Below, piece after piece: positions 47,801-60,879 of a stretch of 64,000 nt of DNA. Position 1 is the first letter of the stretch. Each line of letters opens with the position of its first letter. Under the pieces are notes generated by a model. The model did not search any database. It saw nothing but the letters and a program-made list of their open reading frames with translations, and was not told the origin of the DNA. Origin of the DNA: Isurus oxyrinchus. Taxonomy: Eukaryota. The DNA lies in contig JANJGN010000026.1 of the NCBI GenBank assembly GCA_026770705.1, positions 38,626,001 to 38,690,000 on the forward strand. Direction: 5' to 3'. Position numbers and translations under genes: made by a program.

Positions 47801-50599
47801 TACTGCACAAGAACCTGTCTCAGTTTATATTAAGCTAAATCCTGTGCCTGTAATCACTGCACTAGAACATGCCTCAGTTTTTATAAATCTAGATCCTGTA
47901 TCAGTAATCAGTGCACTCGGCATTGTCTGAGTTTATATTGATTGAGACCCTGTATCAGTAAACACTGGACTAGAGCCCGTCTCAGTTTATATTAATTTAG
48001 TTCCTGTATCAGTAATGACTGCACTTGACCCTGTCTCAGCTTATATTAATCCAGGCCCTGTATCAGTAATCGCGGCACTTGGACCTATCTCAGTTTTTAT
48101 TGATCTGGACACTGTATCAGTTATCAGTGCACTAGACCTTGCCTCAGTTTATATTAATCTAGGCTCTGTGTCAGTAATCACTGCACTGGACATTGACTGA
48201 GTTAATATTGATTGAAACCATGTGTCAGTAATCACTGCACTGGGCCCTGTCTCAGTTTATATTGATCCTGATTCTGTATCGGTAAGCATCACACCAGACC
48301 ATATCTCAATTTAGATTAATCTCGACCCTGTATCAGTGATCCCTGCACTATGCCCTGCCTCAGTTTTTATCATTCTCCACCCTGCATCTGTAATCACTGC
48401 ACTAGGCCCGGTCTCAGGTTATATTAATCTACACCCAGTGTCAATCATCAATGCATTAGACCCTGCATCAGTTTCTATTGATCTCGACTTTGCATCAGTT
48501 TTTTCTTCACTAGGGCCTGTCTCAGTTTATATTTATCTGGACCCAGTATTAGTAATCACTGACTATGGTCTGCCTCAGTTTATAACAGCCTAGACCCTGT
48601 ATCCGTAATCACTGCACTTTGCAGTGTCTCAGTTTTCACTTATCAAGACCGTGCATCAGCAATCACTGCAATGAACACTGTCTCCATATATATTGCTCTC
48701 GGCTCTGTATCACTGCAATATGCACTCCCTCAGTTTATATCAAATAGACCATGTGTCAGTAATCACTGCACGAGACCCTGTCACAGTTTATATTAACATA
48801 GAGCCTGCATTTGTCATCACTGCACAATGCCCTGCGTCAGTTTATATCAGTCAAGACCCTGTATCAGTAATCTCTGCACTAGGCCCTGTCTCCATTGATA
48901 TTGATCTAGATCTTGTATCAGTAATCACTACAAAGGACACTGTCTCAGTTTATATTGATCATGATCCCGTATCATTAATCACTGCACTAGCCCTTGTCCT
49001 GGCTTATATTTATCTAGGCCCTGTCTCAGTTTATATTAATCTGTACCCTGTATCAGCAATCACTGCACTATGCCCTGCCTCAGTTTTTTTTAAATCAGTC
49101 TAGACCCTGTATCAGTAATCACTGCACTAGGCCCTATCAAAGTTTATATTAATTTAGCCTCTGCAGCAGTAATCACTGCCCGAGCCCCTGTCCCAGTTAT
49201 ATTTATCTGGGTCCTGTGTCAGTGAACAGTGCACCAGGCCTTGTCTCAGGCTATGTTAGTTCAGACTGTGTATCAGTGATTACTGTACAAGAGCCTGGTT
49301 CAGTTTATATTAATCAAGGCCCTGTTTCAGTAATCACTGCACTTGTCCCTGTTCTGGTTATAATAATCTGCACCATGAATCTATAATCATTGTACTTTGC
49401 CCTCTCTCATTTTCTATTAACCTGAACACTGCATCAGTAATCAATTCAATATGCCCTGTCTTAGTTTATATCAATCTAGACCCTCAATCAGTAATTGCTG
49501 CACTAGGCTGTGCCTCAGTTCATATTAATCTAGACCATGTACCAGTAATCACTGCACTAGACAGGATCTTAGTTTCATATTTATCAAGATATTGGATCAG
49601 TAATCACTGCACTAGACACTGCCTCATGTTATATTAATCCAGACCCTGCATCATTAATCACTGCACTGGACCTTATCTCAGTTTATACTGATGTACACCC
49701 TGTAACCATAATCACTTCAATGGACACTGTCTCAGTTTATATGATCCTCATCCTGTATCATTAATCACTGCACTAGCCCCTGACCTAGTTTATATTGCTC
49801 TCCTCCCTGTGTCAGTAATCACTGCACTAGGCCCTGCCTCACTTTATTTCAACCTAGACCATCTATCAGTAATCACTGCATAAGGCTCTGTCTCACTTTA
49901 TAGCAACCTAGATCCTGAATTAGTAATCACTGCACTATGGCCTGCCTCAGTTCATATTAATCTGTCCCTAAATCAGTAATCGCTGCACTAGGCCCTGCCT
50001 CAGTTCATATTAATTTAGGCCATGTATCAGTAATCACTGCAATGGACATTGCCTCAGTTTATACTGACCCTGATCCTGTATCATTAATCACTGCACTAGC
50101 CTCTGTCCTATTTTATATTCACCTCGGCCCTGTATCAGTAATCACTGCACTATGCACTGCCGCAGTTTTTATCATCTGGACCCTGTATCAGTCATCACTG
50201 CACTCAGCTCTGTCTCAGTTTATATTGATTCAGACACTGTATCAGTAATCATTGCACTAGCCACTGTCCTAATTTTTATTTATCTAGGCCCTGCATCAGT
50301 AATCAATACATAGGGCATTGTCTGAATTTATATTGATCAAGATCCTGTATCAATAAACACTGTCCCAGTTTATATTAATCTAAATTCTGTGTCTGTGATC
50401 AGTGCACTTGAGCATATCTCAGTTCATATTAATCTAGATCCTGTATCAGTTATCACTGCACGTGAGCCTGTCTCAGTTTACATTAATCTAGACAATGTAT
50501 CAGTAAGCATTGCACTAGGCCCTGTCTCAGTTCATGATAATCTAGACCCTCCATTAGTAATCACTGCACTAGGCACTGTCTCAGTTTATATCAATCTGG

Positions 50600-51910
50600 A
50601 TAAAAGCAAAATAGTGCGGATGCTGGAAATCCGAAAGAATAGCATAAAATGCTGGGACATCGCAGCAGGTCTGACAGCACCTGTGGTGAGAGAAGCAGAA
50701 CTAACTTTCTGAGACTGTATGACCTTCCTCAGAGCTAAAGAGAAGTCAAAATGTGATGACATTTGTTGTTTAAGCGGGGTGGAGCAGGTCAAGCTGGATA
50801 GAAGACAAGCAATAGGTAGGAGCAAGGTGACACTGTCAAACATATCATAGGCAAACAGAAAAAGGGAGTGTTAATGGCAGTAGTAAGGCTAAAGTAGGTG
50901 CTAATAGAGTCATAACGGTTAGAAAGCAGAATGTGTTAACAGCAGAGCCAGAATCAACACACTGTGAAAGAACAACTTGGGACAAGTAACTGTTGGCCCT
51001 TTTGGGGGTGTGGTAGGGGTGATTAGGGAAAAATGGTATAAAAAGGAACGTAAAAGGGGATAAAAAAGGGTAAAACAATGAATAAATGAATAAAGCTGTA
51101 TCGTTCATAATTGGAAGATGAGTTTCTGTTCCTCCAGTTTGCGTTGGGCTTCACTGGGGCAATGCAGCAGGTCAAAGAGGGACATGCGGGTATCAGAGCA
51201 GGATGGTGTGTTGAAATTGCAAGCGACAGGAAGGTCTAGGTCATGCTTGTAGATAGACTGAAGGTGTTCCACAAAGCGGCCTGCCAGTCTGTGTTTGGTG
51301 TCCCCAATCTAGAGGAGACTGCATTGGGAGAATCGAATGCAGTCGACCAAATTGAAGGAGGTGCAATGAAGCGGTGCTTCACCTGAGTGTTTAGGTCCTT
51401 GGATGGTGAGGAGGGAGGAGGTAAAGGGGCAGATGTTGCATCTTCTCTGATTGCTTGGGAAGGTGCCATGGGAAGGGATGAGGTGTTGTGGATGATGGAG
51501 GAGTGGACCAGGGTGTCTCGGAGGGAACAGTCCCTGTGGAATGCTGACAGGGGTGGGGGTGGAATGGTGAGGGGAAGTTATGTTTGGTGGTGGTATCATG
51601 TTGGGGTTAATGGAAAAGGCGGAGGATGATCCTTTGAATGCTGGGGTGGTGGGATGAAATGTGAGTAAAAGGAGGACCTTATCATGATTCTGGGAGAGAG
51701 GGGAATGTGTGAAAGCAGAGATGCGGGAGATGGATCGGACACTGTTGAGGGCCCTGTCAACCACAGTGGGTGGGAAACCTTGGTTAAGGAAGAAGGAAGG
51801 CATGTCAGAAGCATCATTTTGGATAGTGGCATCATCGGAACAGATGTGAAGGAGGTGAACGAATTAAGAGAATGGAATGGTGTTTTTCCAGCATTTTCTG
51901 TTTTTATATC
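50600..51910 (-). mobile_element. Penelope-like element inserted in the minisatellite
   Basis: FFLNQGFPPTVVDRAL...LLTFHP...RRCNICPF...CTSFNLVDCIRFSQCSLL (PLE thumb/GIY-YIG region). Terminal repeat at 50600-50740 and a short inverted copy at ~51883-51910. Confidence 0.85.
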
Positions 51911-52574
51911 AACCTAGACCCTGTATTAGTAATTACTGCATATAACACTTCCGCCGTTGGCATTAACCCCAGCCCTGTATAAGTAATTACTACACTAGAC
52001 CCTGTCTCAGTTTATATCAATCCAAACCCTGTATCAGTAATCACTGCACTAGGCCCTGTCTCAGCCTATAATAATCCAGGCCCTGTATCAGGAATCACTG
52101 CACTAGACACTGCCTCAGCTTATGTCAACTGAGGCCCTGTTTTAATAATTCCTATACATCCCCTGTTCAATTTATTTTACGTCCTCATTTGTAACTGTAA
52201 ACGCTAGATTACACTTTGCTTAGGTTATTGTTGTACAGGTGAACGTCACTGTTAATAGTACAATGGGCCTTATCTTATTTATTATTACAGCCGTCCATAT
52301 CTCTACTTGTGTTGCAATTGGTCCTTTCCCAGTTATCACTGCACCTGACGCTGCTGCTGTTTATATCATGCATATCATGCGCCAGTTATTACTACGTTAG
52401 GCCGTGCTTCTGTGCACACTCCAATTAACCCTTTTCCAGTTCGCACTGTAGCACAACCATGTTTTAATTTATATTTCACTGCAAATTGTGTTTCGTTGTT
52501 TTACACTGAACCATGCTTCAGTTATCACTGCCCTTGACCTGCTGAACTTGTCTCACTGATGACTGTACTGGACC

Positions 52575-53225
52575 ATACGAACACAAGAGCATATGAACAA
52601 GGAGCATGAGTAGGCCATTCAGCCCCTCGAGCTTGCTCCACCATTTAATAATATCATGGCTGATCTGATAGTAACATGAAATCTGCATCCTGTCGACCCC
52701 CGATAACTTATCACCCACTTGCTTAGCAAGAATCTATCCACCTCTGCCTCAAGGCTCTGCTTCCACTGCCTTTTTAGGGAGCGAGTCCCAAAGACTCATG
52801 ACCCTGAGAGTGAAAATATTCGCCTCATCTCTGTTTTACATGGGCGACCTCTTATTTTTAAACAGTGACCCCTAGTTCCAGATTCTCCCATAAGAGGAAA
52901 CATCCTCTCCACATCCACCCTGTCAAGACCCCTCAGGATCTTATATATTTCAGTCAAGTCACCTCTTACTCTTCTAAACCCCAGAAGATATAAGCCTAGT
53001 CTGTCCAACCATTCCTCAGTCGGCAACCCACCCATTCCAAATGTTAATCTAATTAACCTTCTCTGAACCTCTTGCAACACATTTACATCCTTCCTTAAAT
53101 AAGGTGACCAATACAGTGCACAGTACATGAAACATGATCTCACTGGTGCCCGGTATAACTGAAACATAACTTCCATATGTTTGTATTCAATTCCCCTCAC
53201 AATAACTTATAACATTCTATTAGTT
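52575..53225 (-). mobile_element. CR1-like LINE 3' fragment
   Basis: RGIEYKH...YWSPYLRKD...RRVRGDLTEIYKILRG. Confidence 0.9.
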
Positions 53226-53504
53226 TTCCCAATTACTTACCATTTCTCATTTTATCTTTCTTTCAGCATTGTATCAGTGTATATAATGCTATCTGCAGTT
53301 TAACTTATTAATGCACTGGACCATGCTTCTATATACACTACAATTGACTTTTCTCAGTTATTACTGCACTAGACTATGTCTCTATCTCTATTACATTATA
53401 TGATGCTTCGTTTATTAATGCACATAACCGTGCCTCTATCTATACTGCAAGTGACAATTCCTGAGCTGTTGTTGCATTGCACAAAGTCTCAGTTTGTATT
53501 TTAT

Positions 53505-54675
53505 TAGGATTTATCTGACAACCAAATTGTGGGAAAAGTTATAGCTCATGGAATAAAAGGGACAGAAGAAATGTGGATACAAAATAAGCTGAAAAAAAGG
53601 AGGCAGGGAGTAATGGTCAATGAATGTTTTTCGGGCTGGAGGAAGGTTTGTAGTGCAGTTCCCCAGGGGTCGGTATTGGGACCCTTGTTTTTCCTGATAT
53701 ATATTAACCATCTAGGCCTTGGTATGCAGGGGACAATTTGAAAGTTTGCGGATGATACGAAGCTTGTGAGTGTTGCAAACTGCCAGGGGAATGGTGTGGA
53801 ACTTCAAGAGGACACAGATAAGTTGGTGGTGTGGGCAGATAGATGGCAGATGAAATTCAATGTGGAGAAGTGTGAGGTGATGCATTTTGGTAAGAGGAAC
53901 ATGGACAGGCAAAATAAATAAGGGGTGGAGTTTTGAAAGGAGTGCAGGAGTAGAAAGACTTGCGTGTAGATATGCATAGATCATTGAAAGTGGCAGGATA
54001 GGTGGAGAGAGCAGTTAATAATGCATATAGTATCCTGCGCTCTATTAATAGGGGCATAGAGTACACAAGCAGGGAGGTTATGCTCAATTTATATAAGGCC
54101 CTCGTTAGACCTCAGCTGGAATATTGTGTACTGCCCTTTGTACCATATTATAGGAAGGATGGAAATATATTGGAGAGAGTGCTGAAGAGGTTTAGAAGAA
54201 TGTTCCCAGGGATGAGAAACTTCAGTTATGAGGGGAGACTGGAGAAGTTGGGATTGTGTTTCTTGGAGAGGAGAAGGCTGAGAGGAGATTTGATTGAAGT
54301 TTTCAAAATCATGAGTGGGCTGGATAGAGTAGAATGGAAGAAACGGTTCCCATTCATAGAAGGATAAAGAACGAGAGGGCACAGGTTTAAAGTGATTTGC
54401 AAAAGAAACAAATGTGACGTGAGAAATTACTTTTTCACACAACGAGTGGTTTGGCCTGGAATACACTGCCTGGAAGTGTGAGGAAGGCAGGTTCAACTGA
54501 GGCATTCAAGAGGCAATTAAATGATTATTTGAATAGAAACAAAATGCAAGGGTGTGGGGAAAAGCCAGGGCAATGGCACTAGGTCAGAATGCCCATTTGG
54601 AGAGCCGATGCAGACAAGTTGGGCCGAATAGCCTCCTTCTGTACCATTAAAGTTCTGTGATTCTATGATTCTGTG
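53505..54675 (+). mobile_element. CR1-like LINE fragment
   Basis: VPQGSVLGPLFFLIYIN, KFADDTK, RPQLEYC, and an (attctgtg/attctatg) tail at ~54650-54675. Confidence 0.93.
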
Positions 54676-55274
54676 ATATTACTGTTTTAGGCTGCTTCAT
54701 TCATCACTGTACTCTTCTATGTCTCACCTTATATTATAAAGCTCCAATCCCATTTATTAATACACGAGACCAAGTCTCAGTTATTACTGCACGATAAAAG
54801 GTCTCTACTAACTGGATAGAGCTGGAGAGAGAGCCAGGTGGACAGGTGGGTATTAATTTTTAAAATGTTATAATATCCTGTAGGTAATAATGTGTTGGAA
54901 GAATACATTTAGTCTTGTTAATAACTATTAGGCGTTGTGTGCAATTTCTAATTGCTCTAGTGTGATGTGTGTAATGTTTGTGTTGAAAGTTTGGGGTGAA
55001 TCTTGTAACATTCCCTTCATCAATGAGATTGAGGAATAGAAATAAAGATGAACCACATTGCACTGCACACTGCACAACTTAGTCACAAACTGCATTGTGT
55101 TCGAGATGACTGATTCATACTTGACTTTATCAATGACAATTGCTCACAGGTTTCTTTAATTTCCAGATATTTTTCCCTCTTTCAACAGAAATTTCTGTTC
55201 GCTGTTGGCATGGTCACTGATTGTGACAGACAGGGTCTGAAGCTGCATCTTCAGGCGAATGGGCGGCTGCAGTC

Positions 55275-55320
55275 TCCTAATAACCAATGTTCCTGTGTGT
55301 GTGTGTGTGTGCATATGTGT

Positions 55321-55360
<40 letters not shown>

Positions 55361-55455
55361 GTTTGCGTGTCTGCGTGGCTGAGTGTGTGCTTGTGCCTGT
55401 GCGTGTGTGTGGCTGTTTGGCTGTGTGTATGAATGTGTGCAGCTATATGTGTGGT
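55275..55455. repeat. (TG)n microsatellite
   Basis: Visible tgtg tract. Confidence 0.9.
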
Positions 55456-58400
55456 GCGGGTACGTCTAGAACATATCATGCTTCATTGCTTTCAAAAGAC
55501 ATTATAAATATTTTTCAACATGTTACGATAGTTTATTGAGAATATATCTATAGGCTGCCTATGCTGCCGTTAATATTTATCGGTAATGCATTGTCTTGAG
55601 TGCTCTGGAAAGTAATGTCAAGCTGGCTATTCCTTTCTCAAGGAAAATACATCTTTAAAATGACTCACTGAACTTCTTCCCTCTCTTCCTCTGTCTCAGA
55701 CTATACCTAAATCAGTTAACCTCTCTTCTCTCTCGCAGACTTCACTTCACTCACTTACACAGACTCACAAGGGCTGGATCTGGCAGCTTGGAGGCACCAA
55801 TGTTTAAATCTTTTGCTTAAGGCACATTATCACTGAAAAAATTAAGCGCCAAAATCTCATCAGTGGAAAATTCAGTGCCATAAAGACACCAGCTCATTCA
55901 CTTAACTTCTCTCCTCTCTTTCTCTCAGGCAGCACCAAGCCCTCTTAAAACTTTCCATTTTAGAATAACCCCCTGTGAGCGGTTTTATAGTTTTAATTTC
56001 CCCTCTTTTCTCCCAGTGATAACATTCAGTCAATCTCGCCTTCAGTTAATATGTTATAACCAAAATAACTTCGTTTATTTAATCATTTAAATCTGGAATG
56101 GAGTTGAATGTTATGCTGAGATCGGCAGCAATCTGTGTGGTTGTTCTTGATGCTGTCAGAGTGAGTTTAACCTCACAGGCAAGAAGACTGTCCATGGTGA
56201 TAACATGAAACTGACGCCTGCTGTTTCATTCTCAGGTAACACAACTTCCTGTTTCTCTGCTGCCGGTTCCAAACCGCACATCTCACTTCTGAGCAGAAAA
56301 TAAATCCAGGGGCCACAATCTGGTGAGAACATCTGTCAAGGTGGCCTATTTCTGGCCACAGAGTCAGGGCAGAGTCACACAGATCACATTGCGGTGACAT
56401 TTACAAATGAGACCGTGTGATCCGTTTCGAGCTTCCATTTCCAGGACATCGCTGGATGGTCAGTCACTGAGCTTCCTCGAGTCCCTGAAGCGGGGAAATG
56501 AGATCTTGATACCTTTGATTTGTCGTTGTTATGCTCCACCACCCACCCCCACTCTAACTCCCCCATCCACACCCCACCAACCCCCCCTCTCCCCCACCCG
56601 CCACACACACACACTCCCTACACATACACTTTCCCTCGAAACTTGTTTCCTCTGTTTCTCTGCAACATTCCGTCTCCCTTTTTCATTTTAAGTTTCCTTC
56701 CCTTAGTTTTATTTCTATCTCTTTCTCTGTGTATCTCTCGCCACCTCCCTGTGTGTCGATTAATTAGAAGCGTTCAAAATCATGAAAGGTTTGTTAGTGT
56801 GAATGAAGTTCAGTTGGCAGGAGGGTTGATAACCAGGGGACGCAAATTTACTTTGTTGAACAGGAAGACAGGAGGATAATTGTTTATTTTTTTAACACGG
56901 CGAGTTGTTCTGAACTGGAATGCACAGCTTGGAAGGTTGATGGCACCAGACTAATAATAACTTTGTAAAATGAATTCTATAAATAATTAAAAGCGTTAAC
57001 AATTGAAGGATTACAGGGAATGGGGCCAATTGAAATGCTCATCTATATCACTGTCCCAGCACCTTTCCTGTATCTACCTCGGTCCCTCATTGAGCCCAAA
57101 TAAAATGCAGTAATTTTACAGCTTTCGTCTTCTGCTAACCCAGTCTTTTGACAGCGCTTGAGTACGTGTGTGTCGATAATTGCCAAGAATCATTCAGAAG
57201 TTCACTACTATTTACAAACCACTACTTTGAACAAAATAATAACACTGAGTAGTGCTTGTTTAGTAGAAAGCACGATTATCTTTAACATTTTAGGCTCTGA
57301 TTCTTCCTCTGGTGAGGTTTTGGTGTTTAATCCTTTCAGTCATCATGTGCCTCACGCTGAAAATTTAAACATTGGCGTGTTTGGCCCTTGCGTGTCTATT
57401 TAAATGGAGAACTGTTGGTAAGAATGAGAGGGAACAGATTATTTTCTGTTCCTCTGACAGATGCAGCATTGATACTTCAGATATCAGAAATCTCTGGAGT
57501 CCGCCATGATGGTCCTCCCCTTGGGTAGAACATCTTTTAGTCAGGTGGAGTCAGTCTCCCGGGCCTCTGTCATGATGTTTCCGCTCCGTTTTTACCACAC
57601 AAATCCCTAGGTCACTCCCCATAACACAGAAGCCTGCGCTAAGGCCCTAAACATCATTGCTTCCTCACACTTTCACACCCTATTACAGTCAGATGTTTAT
57701 GAGATCCCCTGCCTCTCTTTATGTTAGATTACCATCAGATTTTGTTACTGACACACTGGAGCCGGCCTCTGTGACTATTATTGGACCAGGCCCCAGTTTG
57801 GCCCAGGTTCAGCAGTCAGAATTCCCTTTGCAAATGCAAGGAGTCAGAGGTTCTTTGTTTTTTTTGGAGAGGGCGGGAAGGTCAAAGCAGCAACAATGTC
57901 CCCAGGAACCCGTCCTTTGCTGGATAGAGGAACTGTCCAGAGTTTCTCTGTCTTTTATTCCTCCTCCTGAGTGTAAGGAAATAATGGATAAAAGATCAGA
58001 AAGGCTGACATATAAACTATCACTGTGAGCATTCGCCGTTATTAAGTGGTCAACTCTCTAGATTGAGGCTTCAACCCACAACCGTTTGACCCAGGGGTAA
58101 AAGTGATGCTAATTCGTCAGTTCTGACATAATGTCAGTTCCCAATGCATTCGTACAACGGCAACACATGACAGATGCTAGAAATCTAAAATAAACACGAA
58201 AGTGCTGGAAATCCTCAACAGGTCAGACAGTAAGTGTCGAGCCTGTTCGTTTTCCGGTTCGTCATATACTTTGCAGTCTTGGGGAACGGGTGGAGAGGCG
58301 GGAGGATTTTGGAGGCTGATTAAAAACCGGCGTCTGTCACACGAACACTCTTCCCGTGGTCAACGGAGCTGGGCGTGGAATCTGAACATAGATCTGACAG

Positions 58401-58589
58401 CTCAAAAGCAGGAGGACCGCCAACTGTACCATTCGGGAGTGCAGTGGTTGTGGAGAGAAGTGGAGTTAAAGTTTCCAATCGATGACTCCGGTTCTGCTGA
58501 AGAGTCATCGCCATGAAACGTTCACTCTGTTTATCGCCACAGATTCTGCCTGACCTGCAGGATAATTCCAGAATGTTATGTTGTATTTG

Positions 58590-59670
58590 CTATTACACTA
58601 GACTTTGTCACTGTTATTGCACCAACTCCATCCCATTCATATTTCAGTCGTGCTTGACTCTGTTATTAGGCGTTAGGCAAAAGATTTGCTATTGTATCAA
58701 TTGGCGCTGTCTCACACAAACTATTATATCAGACCCAACTTCGATTTGGGTGGATCGGGTGCTGACTGTGTCATTAACACACTGGATCCAGTGATGTATT
58801 CAGTGATTCACTGCTATCCTCTGTTATCATCAAACATTGCACCAATTACACAGAGCTTTACCGCTTTTAATCTGTTCTCTATATCCAATCTCATTGTATA
58901 GAACGCTGTGTCTGTAATGGTTGCCCGAAAAGCCTACATGTCATTCAATTCTAATGCAAACCTCTCTCATTATTTCTGAAAATCTTGTGCCAATCAGTTT
59001 TCAATAGTAACCTGATTCTGATATTGTTAATGTTGACCCTGTTTCTGCTAGTGTTTCGCCATGACCTCTTTCAGTTGTTATTTTCTACAAAGTGTTTTTG
59101 TTATTATGATCACACAAATATCGGTTCATTCGGTGTTATACCAAGTCCTCCCTCTCTCTTATTCCTGAACTAGCTAATTGCTCTGTTTATTTGACTCCTT
59201 GGGTCAATTTGTGTTATGCCTCTGCCTGTACTACACTAGGTATTGTGTCTGTTACTAATTACACTAGCCAATACCTATGTTTATATTACACCAGGTCCTG
59301 TCTCTGATATTACTGCACGGGCCCATATTCCTGGTTATATAACACCAGGCCTTGTCTCTTTTATTACTTCATTAGCCGATATCTCCTTTTATATTAAACC
59401 AGATACTGTCTCTGTTATTAATGCAGTAGTCCATATCTCTGCTTATGTTACACCAGGTCCGGTGTCTGATATTACTGCACGAGCCCATATCCTTGGTTAT
59501 ATAATACCAGGTCTTGTCTCTGTTATTAATTCATTAGTCGATATCTCCTTTTATATTAAACCAGATACTGTCTCTGTTATTAATACAGTAACCCATATCT
59601 CTGCTTATGTTACATCAAGTTCGGTCTCTTTTTATACTCGACTAGGCCATGGTTTATTTTCGTTAAGATT
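58590..59670 (+). repeat. Degenerate 27-bp minisatellite with an internal ~162-bp duplication
   Basis: ORF 59243-59677 shows ITPGPVSDITARAHI...FYIKPDTVSVIN twice. Confidence 0.75.
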
Positions 59671-60879
59671 ACATTGAATATACAACCTGCAGCTAAAATA
59701 ATCCATCCAAACATGATTCGAGTGGTTGTGGTGGAATTTGTGAGATAACAGTTAAAAAAGTGGAAACAGAAATTCTGAAAGTCTCTGGAGAGCAGCAGGA
59801 GTTTCACTCCTTCCCATCAACAGGAATAATAAATCGGAGAATTACAGGTGTATTAGTCTCATGTCAGGTGTAGGTAAAGTTTGATTTTTGCCATCACTTG
59901 CACAAATCATCACACATTCGAGATTATCAGGAGCTTCTGTGAGATATTGAGGTGATCATTTGTTAATAACCTGCTGGTTCTTCTGGATGTGATTTACTCC
60001 ATTTTCCAACTGATCACCGGAGACAGATAAAGCATCTTAGAATTGAAATCGTTAGCCTGAGATCACTTTATAAACAAATGCACACAACAAACTGGTTATC
60101 AATAAATATTTACAGTATTAAACAATCTACAATTTGCATAAATGCATAGTTTTGGATTTGAACACAATCTTTGAATGCAGGATTGGACTGAAAGTTGTCA
60201 TTGGGAGAAATGAAGAGAAATTGTGAAAAAAATTCTCCAAAGAGTGTTATTAGATAACAAGAGATTCAAAATGAATAAGAGACTGTCTCAGAGAGAGAGA
60301 GAGAGAGAGAGAGGGTGGTGAGGTGGCGGGGAGGGGGGTTGGGGTGGTGGGGGCGGGAGTTAGATGGTGAGTGGAGAAAGCGAGAGAGAGAGAGAAAGAA
60401 AGATTGAGAGAGTGAGAGAGAGAGGAGGTTCAGTGAGTTAGACGCTGCCTCAGGCGGAGAGAAAAGAGACATTCAATGAGTTTGGTGATAAATATGCTCG
60501 TCTTAGTGATAAAAGTGTCAGTAAGAAATCACTTTCTAAGCAAAAGTACACAACGAAACATGATATCAATAAATATTTACAGCACTAAATCATCCACAGT
60601 GACAGTTTGAGTAAAAGAAAATTAAATATTGAAACATTTGGGTAAAGTTCATCACTAATCTTTGAGAAACGGTTGTATAAGCAAGAGGCATGATTATTTT
60701 TCTAAACGGCATAGATAACTGACCATATCTGATCCATAATTTCTTTGACTAAAACTAAATGAAAATAACTATCAGGTGCTGCAAAGAACGGGCCATCCAA
60801 TACCGCCCGTTTTAGGTCAACGCCAGGAAACAATTCCCACCTCAACATCTTTGTGTATAATATTATCTCTCCAACTCAC

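Larger units (their letters stand above)
40100..52150 (+). repeat. Large minisatellite of alternating 27-bp monomers (GACCCTGTATCAGTAATCACTGCACTA / GACCCTGTCTCAGTTTATATTAATCTA), 54-bp dimer
   Basis: Hundreds of visible units, translating as DPVSVITAL/DPVSVYINL. Interrupted by CR1 and Penelope insertions. Confidence 0.96.

Noticed and set aside
40100-50600. Many ORFs with DPVSVITAL repeats, or a CRISPR-like array
   Set aside because: A 27-bp (multiple of 3) minisatellite with frequent stops. There are no unique spacers or cas genes, and the context is vertebrate.
58021-58027. Isolated heptamer CACTGTG
   Set aside because: No nonamer at 12 or 23 nt and no adjacent V/D/J-like sequence.
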